The notes under the pieces are model-generated. The model worked only from the letters and a program-made list of their open reading frames with translations, was not told where the DNA came from and did not search any database. DNA of 64,000 nt from Octopus vulgaris (taxonomy: Eukaryota): NCBI GenBank assembly GCA_951406725.2, contig OX597819.1:6696001-6760000 (forward strand), written 5' to 3'. The position numbers and the translations under genes were made by a program. Positions 41,500-56,550 of the stretch are shown piece by piece (the stretch's first letter is position 1; every line of letters begins with the position of its first letter).

Positions 41500-42670
41500 A
41501 GTGAGCTAGTTAAGCGGCAGTTGACGGGGGCAATTGATATCACGTCTACTCTCTTCATTGACTACAACCTTCCCAGTTGAAAATCGTACTTCCAATTTTA
41601 AATCTTCATAGTTCTTTATTTATTCTTCTCTCACATTGACCCTGTTGTCACCGGGGCATGTTATGTCGATTATCATGGATGTTCTTTCTTTTTTATTCAC
41701 CTCAACAATGTCCGGTTTCCGATGTCTAGCCAGGTGATCGCACTGGGCCATTGCATCCCACAGGATTTTGCAATTCTCATTCTCAGTGATTCCTTCCGGG
41801 TCTTCTCATACCACGTATTTGCTCTATGTAAGCCTTGATTGCCACAGAGCTTCCAAGGGATCATTCTTGCCATATTGTCATGGCGTACTTTATTGTCGCT
41901 TTCTGCCAATTTCGAGCATTCGCTGACGATGTGCCATAATGTTTCACTCCTCTTACTACATATTCTGCATTTGTAGCTGTCGGTAGTGTTGTATATTCTG
42001 CACTTCACATAGTTGGTCCTTAACGCTTGATTTTGAGCTGCGCATATGAGTGCTTCTGTCTCGATCTTCAGGTTACTCCTCCTCACCCATAGCCGCCGGT
42101 CCTCTGTATCTGTCTTGGCGGTCACATCTCTTGCACACTGACCATTCATTTCTCTTTCCTTCCATGTATTGTTTTCTTTTTTGTGTTCATTTTTTGTTTA
42201 AATTTTTCTTTCATTGCACAATTTTCAGTTTTGATGACGCCGGCCTTTTTTGTACGTTTCAACAATAGCGTCACGGCATTTTTTATATTCTCCCCTAAGC
42301 TGTTTTCCTCTGCTTCAATACAGTCCTGGCAACTGCTCAAACCTCTCCCACCCTTTCTTCTGGACAAGTACAGCCTATCGGTGTCACTCTCAGGGTGGAA
42401 GGCCCCATGAACTGTTATCATTCTTCTGGTCTTGGTATTCCTTTTCATCACTTCCCTCTTTTGTCATTTTATAATTCCCGCTCCATACCGATTAAATACG
42501 TATTAAATGCTTAGATTTTATTCCATCCAGTCAATTTTGAGCGCAACACTAACCTTAGTCTTCGGAAATATTCTATCCTCAGTTGCTTTCTGATTTCCCT
42601 CTCCATTATCTCGTTTAACTCTAGTACACTAAGGTATTTGTAGCCTTCCATTTCAACTTGTTTAACCAAG
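41500..42670 (-). pseudogene. RLE-LINE fragment
   Basis: YKYLSVLE, HPESDTDRLYLSRRKGGRGL, ETEALICAAQNQAL, CRIC..ETLWHIVSEC, RHDN. Confidence 0.85.
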
Positions 42671-42695
42671 TCTTTATTCTGTATATTATTATTAA

Positions 42696-42910
42696 AGCGG
42701 CGATTCGGCAGAATCATTAGCACGCCCGGTAAAATACTTAGTGGCATTTTCGTTCATCTTTACGTTCTGAGTTGAAATGACGCTGAGGTTGAATTTACAT
42801 TTCATAATTTCAGGGTCGATGAAATAAGTACCAGGTGCACACGTGGGTCGATGTAATTGACTTACCTCCTGTCCCGAAATTACTGGCCTTATGCCAAAAT
42901 TTGAAACCAT
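42696..42910 (+). mobile_element. SINE family B (diverged)
   Basis: Family motifs. Confidence 0.7.
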
Positions 42911-42919
42911 TATTATCAT

Positions 42920-43466
42920 TATTATTTTGGTTTGGCTCAGGGTCTGTCTTATTCCTGGTAGCTTTTACGTGAGAAGCAGGTTACTACCTGTAACCTTAGG
43001 TATTCACAAGTTTTGAGCAGTCTTTCAAGTGCTTAGAATCTTACTGATAATCTTTGCTGTCCCTAAGAGACAAACTTTCTGTAGGAGCTCTACCGGGCAT
43101 TTTATTCCATTCTCCTTCAGCCATCTGTCAACATCTTTGCTTACTGTCCCTACTATTATTATTTTCCGATTGATTTACATTTTCTTTCATCTTTCGACCT
43201 AAGCCACGTATATGTTAGATGGAGAGAAAATTCCTGAGAATGTGGGCGTTTGATGTCTACACAATTTTTTGAGTCTCATAGATTGTAGGCTTCTCAGGCG
43301 TTTGGTCAAAAAATTTGTCAGTACCTTTCTTGATCATTCCCATGGCACCTACAACTACAGGGATGGTTTTAGTTTTTAATAGCCACGTCTTAGATATCTC
43401 AATATCAAGGACCTTATATTTCGACAGTTTTTCAAATTCCTTTGCTGGGAGGTTTCTGTCAGTAGG

Positions 43467-43470
<4 letters not shown>
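42920..43470 (-). pseudogene. Two RLE-LINE 3' ends
   Basis: KEFEKLSKYKVLDIEISKTW..IPVVVGAMG; ELLQKVCL. Confidence 0.75.
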
Positions 43471-43544
<74 letters not shown>

Positions 43545-44423
43545 TGAGTTAGAGAGAATTGCATGCTATCAAAGTGACACTGAGGAAAAATTATACGAAT
43601 TATACATTTTGTCCGTCTTTAAGTTCTGGGTTCGAAATCAGCTAAGGTCGAATTGACCTTTCCTTCTTTCGGGGTCGATAAAAGTGAGTACCAGTTGAGT
43701 ACTGAGGTCGATGTAATCGGCTTTGCGAGCTTACCACCTTCCTTCAAATATCAGCCTTTGTACCTGAAAGAATTGATGTTGTTGTTGTTGTTGCTGCTAC
43801 TGCTGGTGTTATTGTTGTTGTTGTTTTTGTTGTTGTTGCATGTGATACTGAAACCGAATTTATCATTGAATTTTTATGTGGTGATAGTAGTTACTTGTAG
43901 CCCACAAACAATTACCCAAATAACAACGTTTGCAAAATCGAATTGTGTGTGTGTGTGTGTGTGTCTGCCAGCGCGTGTGTTGAGTGCGAGTAAAGAAAAA
44001 ATATAAGAGATGGTGAATATCTAAATATATACAATTGTAGGATTTGTCGAAAGACATCACGTACAATATTACAATAATCGATATTAAATACAAAATCAAA
44101 AGTAGAATGTAAAACTATGAAATTAATCGTCAAATACACAGTTTACAAACATTATTTTAGCTGGCAATATATATTTTCTTTTGCTTCCATGAATGTTTCC
44201 AAGTGGAATTCTATAAACACACATACAGCACGGATAACGGAAACCCACAGTTATATTTTAACTAATTGCTATACAGCTACACAATCAAACGCATGCATAT
44301 ATATGTGCAGTTATGTATATTCGTTTATCAGCGTATATCTATATGTACGTGTACATATATACATATGTGTATTTGTATATTTACCAATATACATATGCAT
44401 ATGTGTATGCATGAATGTATGTA

Positions 44424-44483
<60 letters not shown>

Positions 44484-44485
<2 letters not shown>

Positions 44486-44888
44486 TCTTTTACTCTTTTA
44501 CTCTTTTACATGACTGCGGCCATGGTGGAGCAACGCCTTTAGTCGAGCAAATCGACCCCGGGACTTATTCTTTGTAGCCCAGTACTTATTCTATCGGTCT
44601 CTTTTGCCGAACCGCTAAGTGAGGGGGACGTAAACACACCAGCATCGGTTGTCAAGCAATGTTAGGGAGACAAACACAGACACACAAACATATACACACA
44701 CACTTATATATATATACATATATACGACAGGCTTCTTTCAGTTTCCGTCTACCAAATCCACTCACAAGGCATTGGTCTGCCCGGGGCTATAGCAGAAGAC
44801 ACTTGCCCAAGATGCCACGCAGTGGGACTGAACCCGGAACCATGTGGTTGGTTAGCAAGCTACTTACCACACAGCCACTCCTGCGCCT
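44484..44888 (-). mobile_element. tRNA-derived CORE-like SINE family C
   Basis: Minus strand: GGCGCAGGAGTGGCTGTGTGGTAAG..GGTTCAGTCCC..CTTGGGCAAGTGTCTT; partial copies at ~1440-1625 (+) and ~63727-63882 (-). Confidence 0.75.
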
Positions 44889-44959
44889 ATATATATATAT
44901 TATTACAGATCTCAACCACCTGTACTATGCACCCACGAAAATCTCAACGATTCTATATG

Positions 44960-47390
44960 GTGAAAAGATTAGAAAACGACAACATTCCCACAAAAAGCCT
45001 ACTTGGCAAGAGCGTATTCAACACCAAATTCAGTTACTTAGGTCTGACAGAATGTTTAAAAAACCCTAAGTTTGACAAGACTATCAAACCAACAAAAACC
45101 CGAAAATTAAAGAAAAAAGTGGAATAGGAAACCATATTTGACGTCGATACCACCATAGAAACTTTCAAGCAAAAAGTATGTGATAAAGTTGCCCGCATAG
45201 CAAGGTATGAAAAGCGTATTGGATTCTTCAAGGTCAACAACATGTTCAAACATAACACAAAATATTTTTACAAGAAGATAGGAGAAATGCCAGTTACACT
45301 AAAGTCTGTCCTATCAAAAGAAGAAGTGCAGGAATTTTAGAATAAAATTTGGGCAGAAGAAAAAACACACAATGAAAAGGCCCCTTGGATTGATAGAATA
45401 TCTATAGACTTAGACTCCTTATAAGAGCAAAAGTTGGAGGGTATCTAGGTAGAGGATGCAAGGTCTGTTCTCAGGAGCTCAAGCAAATGGAAGTCTCCAG
45501 GAAAGAATAAAATTCCTAACTTCTGGTTGAATGCCTTCCCAGAGAGCCATGAACTGCTACCAAAACTTTACAACAATGTTTTGCAACAACCTGGTTAGTT
45601 AATGGTGTAACATTCCTACATCCAAAAAATGAAGAAACAAATGAACCAAAAAATTATAGACTCATAACTTGCTTAACAACAGTGTATAAAATCCGAACAT
45701 CTGTCTTGACTGAATATACCTATAGTTTTTTAATAGAAAGTTGCATATTCCCAAATGCGTCAAAAGGAAGTAAACGTGGATCTTATGGTTGTAAATATCA
45801 GCTTCTCATCAATAAGATGATCTTAAAAGATTGTCACGAACGACACAAAAACTTGACGATAACCTGGATAGATTATAAAAAGGCTTTTGTTAGTCTACCA
45901 CATAGCTGGATGAAGAAATGTCTGGAAATGTATAAAACAGTATCTACTCTGCAAAACTTTTTGTCTGTAAGTATGAAATCATGGAGAACCACACTCACTT
46001 TGAACAGTGACAAGGAATCTCTTAATGCTGGAGATGTAAAAATTTCATGTGGCTTTTTCCAGGGTAACTCTCTATCACCACTTCTCAATGATGTACAATG
46101 CGATTATAAAATGTTTGATAAAAATATAAATCATCTCATTTACACGGATGATTTAAAGCTCTTTGCAAAAAATAACCAACAACTACAGGGCTTACTACCG
46201 ATTGTTCAGTGATGACAATTCAGTGATAACATCAGGATGCAATTTGGCCTCGAAAAATGTGCAAAGGCTACTTTTATGAAAAGAAAAATGACAGAAACAT
46301 CTAACGTTAATCTTGACCAGCAGAACGTCATAAAGGAATTAGAACCAGCGGAGAGCTTCAAATACTTAGGGGTGTTTCAAGGGGACGGAATCAAAATTCA
46401 GTGATGAGGGAAAAAATCAGAAGAGAATGTTATCGCAGGGTAAGGGCAATAATCAAGACAGAGCAGAATGCAAGAAACAAGATCGACGTAATCAATACTT
46501 TAGCCATACCAGTCGTGACTTACAGTTTCAATATCATTAACAGTCAATTACTGAAATATATAATCTTGACAGAAAAATACGAAAACTGTTGACAATGCAT
46601 AGAATGCACCACCCTACGGCAGATATAGAACGACATTATCTGCCAAGAGAAGAGGGAGGCCGTGGACTTTTACAACTTGAATTAACAATGAAGATTGCCA
46701 CAATCGGCCTAGACACCTACCAGAAAAACTTTGATGCCTGTATGTTAAAACTTGTCTCAAAGTATGAAAACAAAAAAGCATCATACTCAGTAACAAAAGA
46801 GGCAAAGGAATATTTAAGTGAATTCCAAATACAACAAATTCCAGAATTAGACGTACTAGAAACAAGCACAGGAAAAGCTAAGCGTATGAAAACCTGGGCT
46901 AAAATTACTGCCTTAAATATTTTAAATAATAAATGGCAAGAAAAAGGTCTCAATGGCAAATACCCAAAGAGAGCTAATAGTGCTGGTGTTGACAAAGCCT
47001 TAACCCATCAATGGTTAGTGGCTTCTGGCTTAAAATCAGAAATAGAAGTGTTTATCATAGCAGCCTATGATCAATGCCTACCTACAAGGTTGTCTCCACG
47101 TGAAGTCTTTTTGTGCCTACAGAGTATATCAACAGGCATGAGAGCAACATAATATATTCAATATATAATTGGCACGCTTAGAAGTATCAGCACTCAACTA
47201 CCAACATGGCTCAAAAATATTTGCATAAATGCAAAGATAGAACGCCTACAAAAATCGTCATTACTTGAAACTGCAAGAGTTCTCCGCAGGGTTCTTGAAG
47301 CATAAGTAAACAAGTGTCACCTTAGTCTACTGGCTGTGAACAGATGACGCTTTCCATCATACAGAGCAAAATAAGCCGAGAGTCTTAATC
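44960..47390 (+). pseudogene. Longest R4/Dong-type LINE relic (RT domain) plus a separate 3' end, terminating at (AAT)n
   Basis: WKSPG..IPNFW, WIDYKKAF.SLPHSW, GFFQGNSLSPL, INHLIYTDDLKLF, FGLEKC, EEGGRGL, GLKSE.E.FIIAA.DQ. Confidence 0.9.
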
Positions 47391-47391
47391 A

Positions 47392-47459
<68 letters not shown>

Positions 47460-48077
47460 TAGTAATAATAATAATAATAATTTGTTTTGTCTTGGTATAA
47501 AAGATTGTCTACAGCAAATATTCTGCTCAATACCACATATTTGCTTGTCAGTTGTTTGACCTTATCCAGTTGACCATGTCCCTTAGGGGTTGAGGATATG
47601 TGCATCTCTGATCACGAGCAGAAGTAGTGGGGGAGCATCATAGCCATGTGCAGAGAGTGATTTTTGGGGTTTTGAATAATTCACCTATGGAAACTTGGGT
47701 GTTTCGTTCAACATACTTAAACAACCCTTACTCAGGGACCTTTTGAGTGGGATGGGCTACTCGACCAGAATAAAATTCTAACTGGGCCCCATCTGCAAGG
47801 TCATGTGCTGCTTATCTTTTTATGAGATCACCATGTCGTGCACATATGGTTGTGATGCATGTGTCTAGTGTACCCTTATCAGACGGGTAGTCATGATGGG
47901 TATACTGGACTTCGTATATTTTACCCCGGTGTCACTTTGATGGTATGCACTGCTCACTCACTCAATAACAATCCTTTCTAATATAGGCACAAGGCCTGAA
48001 ATTTTGGGAGATGGGCTAGTCAAATTCGACCTCGGCGGAATTTGAACTCAGGACGCAAAGACAAGCAAAATACCGCT

Positions 48078-48315
<238 letters not shown>

Positions 48316-48876
48316 TCCCGATAGCCTTTGAATTTCTTTTCGGTTCATTTGACATATCTGAAACCGTTGGTTACCTTCCGTGGTGGGTCAAATCTCGTTA
48401 TCTTACGTTACGTAAACTCATTCCGCATTTAATTTATGTTTAGAACTGCAGAAGCAAATGTACTAAACACTTCCAGAGTTTGGCAGGAAAAGGCAAACAG
48501 TAGCAGCAAAGATTTGTCAATCGAATTTGATGTTATAACATAAATACAAAAAAATGACAACAAAGCAATTATTTCTGAATCTGAGAGGAATTTTAATTGG
48601 AAGCGATCAGCCAGTATGGTGTTTATGTATGAAGAGAAAAGATTTAATACAGACTCCAACTTTTATAAATGTTAATACTTTGTGAGAAACACAAAAAGTA
48701 AACAATGTGATGAAATTCAAATGAAAATGTGTCAAAATATCTGAATGGCTTTAAAAATCAAGTCTTTTCAGGATGAAGGAAAGTATTTGAAATTTCATAT
48801 TCAAACTGTTTGGTCGGCAATCAGCATTGGACGTTTCTCTTATATCTGAATCTCTTTTGGATGTAGACTCTGAAAC

Positions 48877-48877
<1 letters not shown>

Positions 48878-48907
<30 letters not shown>

Positions 48908-49242
48908 TGTATGTATGTATGTATGTATGTATGTGTGTATGAATGTATGTATGTATGTATGTATGTATGTATGTATGTATGTATGTATGTATGCAATGCA
49001 TGTATGTATGTATGTATGTATGTATGTAGGTATGTATGTGTGTGTATGTATGTATGTATGTATGTATGTATGTATGTATGTATGTATGTATGTATGTATG
49101 TGTATGTATGTATGTATGTGTGTATGTATGTATGTATGTATGTATGTATGTATGCAATGCATGTATGTATTATGTATGTATGTATGTATGTGTGTATGTA
49201 TGTATGTAGGTATGTATGTATGTATGTATGTATGTATGTGTG

Positions 49243-49275
<33 letters not shown>

Positions 49276-50098
49276 GTGTATGTATGTATGTATGTAGGTA
49301 TGTATGTATGTGTGTATGTATGTATGTATGTAGGTATGTATGTATGTATGTATGAATGTATGTATGTATGTGTGTATGTATGTATGTATGTAGGTATGTA
49401 TGTATGTATGTATGTATGAATGTATGTATGTGTGTATGTAGGTATGTATGTATGTATGTATGTATGTATGAATGTATGTATGTATGTGTGTATGTATGTA
49501 TGTATGTATGTATGTATGTATGTATGTATGTATGTATGTATGTATGTGTGTATGTATGTATGTATGTAGGTATGTATGTATGTATGTATGTATGTATGAA
49601 TGTATGTATGTGTGTATATATGTATGCATGTATGCAATGTATGTATGTATGTATGTATGTATGCAATGCATGTATGTATGTATGAATGTATGTATGTATG
49701 TGTGTATGTATGTATGTATGTAGGTATGTATGTATGTATGTATGTATGTATGTATGTATGTATGTATGTATGTGTGTATGTATGTATGTATGTATGTATG
49801 TATGTATGTATGTATGTATGTATGTATGAATGTATGTATGTATGTGTGTATGTATGTATGTATGTAGGTATGTATGTATGTATGTATGTATGTATGAATG
49901 TATGTATGTGTGTATATATGTATGCATGTATGCAATGTATGTATGTATGTATGTATGTATGTATGTATGTATGTATGTATGTATGTATGTATGTATGTAT
50001 GTAGGTATGTATGTATGTATGTATGTATGTATGTGTGTATGTATGTATGTATGTATGTATGTATGTATGCAATGCATGTATGTATGTATGTATGTATG
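48878..50098. repeat. 1.2-kb (TATG)n microsatellite with interruptions
   Basis: Direct reading; source of the 457- and 577-aa pseudo-ORFs. Confidence 0.97.
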
Positions 50099-50259
50099 TT
50101 TAGGATGGGCAATACCACTCTCAATTATACATGTGTGGAAATGTATATATATATATATATATGTATATTGTATATATATATACACAAAATTACATATATA
50201 TAATGTATATAGACAGACGGACGTTCGGACGGACGGACAGACAGACAGACAGACAGACT

Positions 50260-50297
<38 letters not shown>

Positions 50298-50301
50298 TAG
50301 T

Positions 50302-50398
<97 letters not shown>

Positions 50399-51304
50399 GT
50401 GCACTAATTCTAATTTTACAATGTTTGTATCTCTGAAGTTGCAATCATTTTTTGTGATATTTTCCAAAAAATTTCTAGTGGAAAATTCACCTTGCTGATT
50501 AAATGTACCAACATTGAATATTGAGCAAATGTCATTTAGTTGGACATAGCTCAATTGATTTCAAGTGGATGCTTACAAATTATAGTAGATTTGACCTTTT
50601 CTATAGATAAACTTGGTGAATGGCAGTGACATTTTCAGTATGATCTATTGACATCCATCGTGTTCCAAGAATTGTTATTTAGGTTAACATGACATTGCTT
50701 TAGTGAAATACATTTTTGTCGTTTGAAAGTAATGAAAATTTAGTTTGTTGATATTATACTTGCATAAAATCTTGAGATTTCCAAGGGAAAAACTAGTCTC
50801 TAGACGCAAGTTTAATCGGAAATTTTCATTCCAATGTTGGTATTTCGTGTGCCAGTGAACAGGATTGCTCAAAATATAGATCGTGTCCTGTATCTCAGTA
50901 TTAGTGGTCTGAAACTTGTGTCAGTAGAGATGAAATAATGGAGATGAAACATTGTCAGTTATTGTAGGAGTAACGAAATACGTATATCGAGAAAACATTG
51001 ATTTTTTTTTTCCTTTTCCGGTCTCCACCCTTTTATATATTGCAGAGCCTTTGTCATAAGAATTCGTGATTCAGTTTCGAGTCTCTGTCGCAAAGTTTTC
51101 TCTATTTTTCTGGACATACCGCACACTATTGTTGAAGGCATAAACACTTCAATCACCTGTAATGTGAAATTTCGTAGAATAATAAATGAGTTGCTGAGTT
51201 TCAAGTGTGTTATGACAATAAGATATAGAGTAACTTGAAATAAAATGCGAGCTCATAATAATGCCTTATATAAGTGTCTTAAAATGCATTAAAAATATAA
51301 TAAA

Positions 51305-51551
51305 TGCGCCCTTTTAAAGCCTAGCCAGGTTCATGGGCCCAGCTTTCCGGTTCCAATGGCGTATGTGTTCCCTAGCTGGACGGGATGCCAGTCCATCGCA
51401 GCGTTATTCATTTTTGCCAGCTGAGTCGACTGGAGCAACGTGAAATGAAGTGTTTTGCTCAAGAACAAAACGCTTAGCGCGGTCCAGGAATCGATACTAC
51501 AATCGTACGATCATGATGCTGACACCCTAATCACTAAACCACGCGTCTCCA
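51305..51551 (-). mobile_element. tRNA-derived SINE, head related to family A, different tail
   Basis: Minus strand: GGAGACGCGTGGTTTAGTGATTAGGG...GTATCGATTCCTGGACCG. Confidence 0.65.
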
Positions 51552-51757
51552 CCTTAAAATGTATACCGACCGAATATCATAACGTCAAACTACAAATATA
51601 TTGTAACAGTAATTCAGTTTCCTAAGAACTCGAGAGTAAATAAAAAAAAATGACCTGCTGTGAGATCGAAACCCCGAGACATTGTGATTGCAGATGAAAT
51701 AATCATTTAAGTTGGGTGTACACACATACACACACACACATGCACATATAATATGTA

Positions 51758-51792
<35 letters not shown>

Positions 51793-51803
51793 CATGCTTA
51801 TAC

Positions 51804-51844
<41 letters not shown>

Positions 51845-52009
51845 TATACACAAACATATATATATAAACATATATCTATATTTACACATATATGTATATG
51901 TATATGAATTTATATATGTATGCGTATATATATATTTATATCTATGTTTATATAAGTCTATATTTATGTAAATATGTGTGCATACACACACATATATGCA
52001 TATACATAT

Positions 52010-52060
<51 letters not shown>

Positions 52061-52623
52061 CATACATACATACATGTATATATATATATACATATATACT
52101 CGTATATACACGTATATTTTCATATATGCATGCATACTTATGTCGTATCAATGTACGTGTATATTGAAGTATTGGAATGTAATAAAGCTTTCCACTAGAG
52201 AAAGTTAGCTCAGGATACCACTACCGAAAAAGAACAAAAAAAAATTATCAAACGACTACCAAAACATCCCCTTAAAGTAAAATCTATGAAGACATCATAA
52301 TTTCAGTTAGTATAGCAACAATAGATAGAACAATGCATGATAAGAATCCGAACTGATGTTCAATAATATAACGAAGCAAAAATGAAAACTAAATGACAGT
52401 AAAAACAGATGGTGAATGAATTTAATTCATGTTTACCTGAAGAGTGGAACGACAGAAAAGAAATCACAAAAGAGCTACTGGAAATTGACAACGATAAGTT
52501 CAATGAAACAATATTGATATAGAAATTCCTGTTATATCATATCTGAAAAACTGGTTATGGATGTAAATATTATGAACACGGAAATAAGAACATATTCTTT
52601 ATAATGAATACATGTCTGTATCC

Positions 52624-52694
<71 letters not shown>

Positions 52695-52712
52695 ATATAT
52701 ATATATGTATAT

Positions 52713-52781
<69 letters not shown>

Positions 52782-52808
52782 TATATATACACATATGTAT
52801 GTATTTCA

Positions 52809-52862
<54 letters not shown>

Positions 52863-53013
52863 GCATATATCTATATACACATATACGTATGTATTTCAGT
52901 ATATATGTATTTTTGCATTTCTACCTGCACATGTATGCATGTTTTCATATATGTGTATACATATATGTGCATATATATACATATATATGTGTGCATGTAC
53001 ATACATCTATATG

Positions 53014-53090
<77 letters not shown>

Positions 53091-53361
53091 CGGGAAGCTT
53101 TATGAAAATAAACAAAAGACGAAGGCAGGTGGAAAACAAACGAACAATTGTAACACATATATATATATATATATATATACATACATATACATGGATATAC
53201 ATGCATATATGTGCATGCATGTACATGCACTTATAAGAGCATATAAATACATTTATACCCCATAAAAATACTTACACACGCCTGCGTACTCATATGTGTA
53301 TGCATTATATATAGATATAGATATAGAAATACTTATAGAAATAGATATACATATAGATATG

Positions 53362-53429
<68 letters not shown>

Positions 53430-53935
53430 CACACATTCTGATAAATATATGAATATAAGTATACGCACACATGTACATATGTACATGTGTGTGATTGTGT
53501 GTGTGTGTGCGTGCGTGTGTGTGTGTGTGTGTGTGCGTGTGCGTGAGTTTGTTGTACAAGTATATGTGTATGCTTGCATGTTTGTATGTATGTATGTACA
53601 ACACACCCACAAACAGACATGCACGTTAAAATCTAAGGAAGCATGTTGCGAAAACCCGGAGAAGACACGTGGAGAAGATAATTGGCAGGCGACGTTCATT
53701 CATTTCCTGAGTTTTCAAATAATTTTATTTGTGTTTTCTGTTTAGCTGTACAACTGAAACATCTCTTTCGTTTTTGATTCATTTTCTCAAGGACTGATCA
53801 ATACCCGAGAGCAATGCTTACTGAATCGAATTTCGCAACAGTTCAAAGATAAAAAGGAAACGCTTAGCAATGAATTACAGCAAACAATCAAACTGATTGG
53901 AAAGATATCGAATGGGTAAAGTGCAAATATGCTTT

Positions 53936-54029
<94 letters not shown>

Positions 54030-54246
54030 CTCTTTATCTTTTATTAAACTTTTAATACTTTTGATATATATTTAAAATAATATAAATTAAATTAATTTTA
54101 TGTATTGGCTTATGTTTTTCATTGTTTGATTTGCCTAATAATGGTTTTTTCTCTAATTTATTATAATATAATATATTTATACTATAAAATTGGATTTAAT
54201 CCTAAATCTGATTTTTCCCTGTAAGTTTGGATTTATTCCCTAATAT

Positions 54247-54326
<80 letters not shown>

Positions 54327-54602
54327 TGTATGGATGAATATATGTGTGCATTTGTGTGTATATGTCTGTGATTTTATGTATATGTGTTTGTGCGTGCTTC
54401 TATGTTCGTAAATATGAGAATGTATTTATGCGTGATGTATAAATATTCATACGCAATTACATACGACGTCTATGGTTGTATCAATGGCACTTCCTTCATT
54501 CGTGAACACTTCCGCTTTATTTGTTAGCTCATTCCATCTGTCATTAAATGCCTCCTTTCGATATCCATCACTCTGTCCACTTTATGGATACATATGCATC
54601 TG

Positions 54603-54990
54603 TGGAGGCGCAATGGCCCAGTGGTTAGGGCAGCGGACTCGTGGTCGTAGGATCGCGGTTTCGATTCCCAGACCGGGCGTTGTGAGTGTTTATTGAGCGA
54701 AAACACCTAAAGCTCCACGAGGCTCCAGCAGGGGATGGTGGTGATCCCTGCTGTACTCTTTCACCACAACTTTCTCTCACTCTTTCTTCCTGTTTCTGTT
54801 GTACCTGTATTTCAAAGGGCCAGCCTTGTCACTCTCTGTGTCACGCTGAATATCCCCGAGAACTACGTTAAGGGTACACGTGTCTGTGGAGTGCTCAGCC
54901 ACTTACACGTTAATTTCACGAGCAGGCTGTTCCGTTGATCGCATCAACCGGAACCCTCGTCGTCGTAACCGACGGAGTGTCCATCCATCC
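54603..54990 (+). mobile_element. tRNA-derived SINE family A
   Basis: Same sequence; TSD ACATATGCATC. Confidence 0.9.
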
Positions 54991-55507
54991 ACATATGCAT
55001 CCAATGGTCGCCACAGTCTCAACGCCGCCACTTCCGTCACCCACTCCTAGCATGAATTCAACTCAGCCCTTCTAACACAACCCTTCCTACTTGTAATTCC
55101 TTTGACTGTGTCGTTCTGGTGGCTTAGGCTGTGACTTTGATCAGTCACACCATATTACATGACTCTTAAAACGAGATTACCCCCACCAGCATGTGGTTCA
55201 ATGTTGCTTGTCATTGCACCCTCACCTCGAAATGCACCTCCTATCCCTTTCCTTTCATCTCCACATTTCCCCCTTCTTTAGCTTCCACCCTACCACCTAT
55301 CTTTCCCATCATTTCCTTCAAACCATCCGACAACACTCCTATTTTTTCCGGTCTGATTCTGCAGCCCCGCACACCCTTCTCGAATACCCTTTGCTTCCCA
55401 TGCAGTCACAACATAGATAACTTCTGGTTTACAGTTCCTTCATCCCACCAAAACCTATAATTTTTATCGGCTCCCGATAATTGGTTTCAGGAATATTTTC
55501 CAGACGG

Positions 55508-55898
55508 TGAAGACGCAATGGCCCAGTGGTTAGGGCAGCGGACTCGCGGTCGTAGGATCGCGGTTTCGATTCCCAGACCGGGCGTTGTGAGTGTTTATTG
55601 AGCGAAAACACCTAAAAGTTCCACGAGGCTCCGGCAGGGGATGGTGGTGATCCCTGCTGTACTCTTTCACCACAACTTTCTCTCACTCTTACTTTCTGTT
55701 TCTGTTGTACCTGTATTTCAAAGGGCCAGCCTTGTCACACTGTGTCACGCTGAATCTCCTCGAGAACTACGTTAAGGGTACACGTGTCTGTGGAGTGCTC
55801 AGCCACTTACACGTTAATTTCACGAGCAGGCTGTTCCGTTGATCGTATCAGATGGGACCCTCATCGTCGTAACCGACGGAGTGCTCCTAAAAAAAAAA
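55508..55898 (+). mobile_element. tRNA-derived SINE family A with A tail
   Basis: Same sequence; near-TSD TTTT(C/G)CAGACG. Confidence 0.9.
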
Positions 55899-56224
55899 CT
55901 TTTGCAGACGCTCACCAAAACAACGGATACTAACAGCAGTGACTCGCCACTACATTTCTTTGGCCTTCTCATTTGTACCGTTCTATTTCGGAGATTATAC
56001 AACGGCATGGTGCTCCTGTTTCTCGTCCTTGATATCAGCAACAATTAATATTCCGCTTAAATACAGTCATCGCTGCCAGCTTCAAAAGCCAACTCTCTTA
56101 TCTCTAAAACATACATCCACACGCACATATCGCTTACTTTAACGTACTACATACATTATCCACGCCATTTGCATCATTTCATTTCACATATCTACTTAAT
56201 TACAACTCATATTCAGGTCAGTTC

Positions 56225-56550
56225 ATTTATTTATTTATTTAGTTAGTTAGTTAGTTAAATTTTTGGCTCAAAAAGCAAAAAAGCAAGGCCATGTAGGGGG
56301 ACATGGAGTTATGTACAGGGGGGTGTTCATGTAAAGAGTTCAGGCCACTTGTGGTCAAGGGAGACTTTGAACCGAGCGGTCGTCGGCATCTTCACCATCT
56401 CGTTCGGCAGCTTATTCCACGGATCCGCAACCCGGACGGAGAAAGCCCCTCTCCTTCGATTGAGATGAAATCGTCGCAGATAGAGCTTTTCGGAATGACC
56501 CCGCAGCCGACGCTCTGGAGCAGGAGTGAAGAACAGCTCCTTGACAACCA
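56225..56550 (-). pseudogene. CR1/L2-like LINE 3' end with (TAAC)n/(TAAA)n tail
   Basis: RLRGHSEKL..RRGAFSVRVADPWNKLP..FKVSLD is a typical CR1 ORF2 C-terminus. Confidence 0.8.

Noticed and set aside
48751-50554. 457- and 577-aa ORFs (HTYI/MYVC repeats) and other YIYI, LSIY and poly-L/I/Y ORFs
   Set aside because: Translations of microsatellites with no coding complexity
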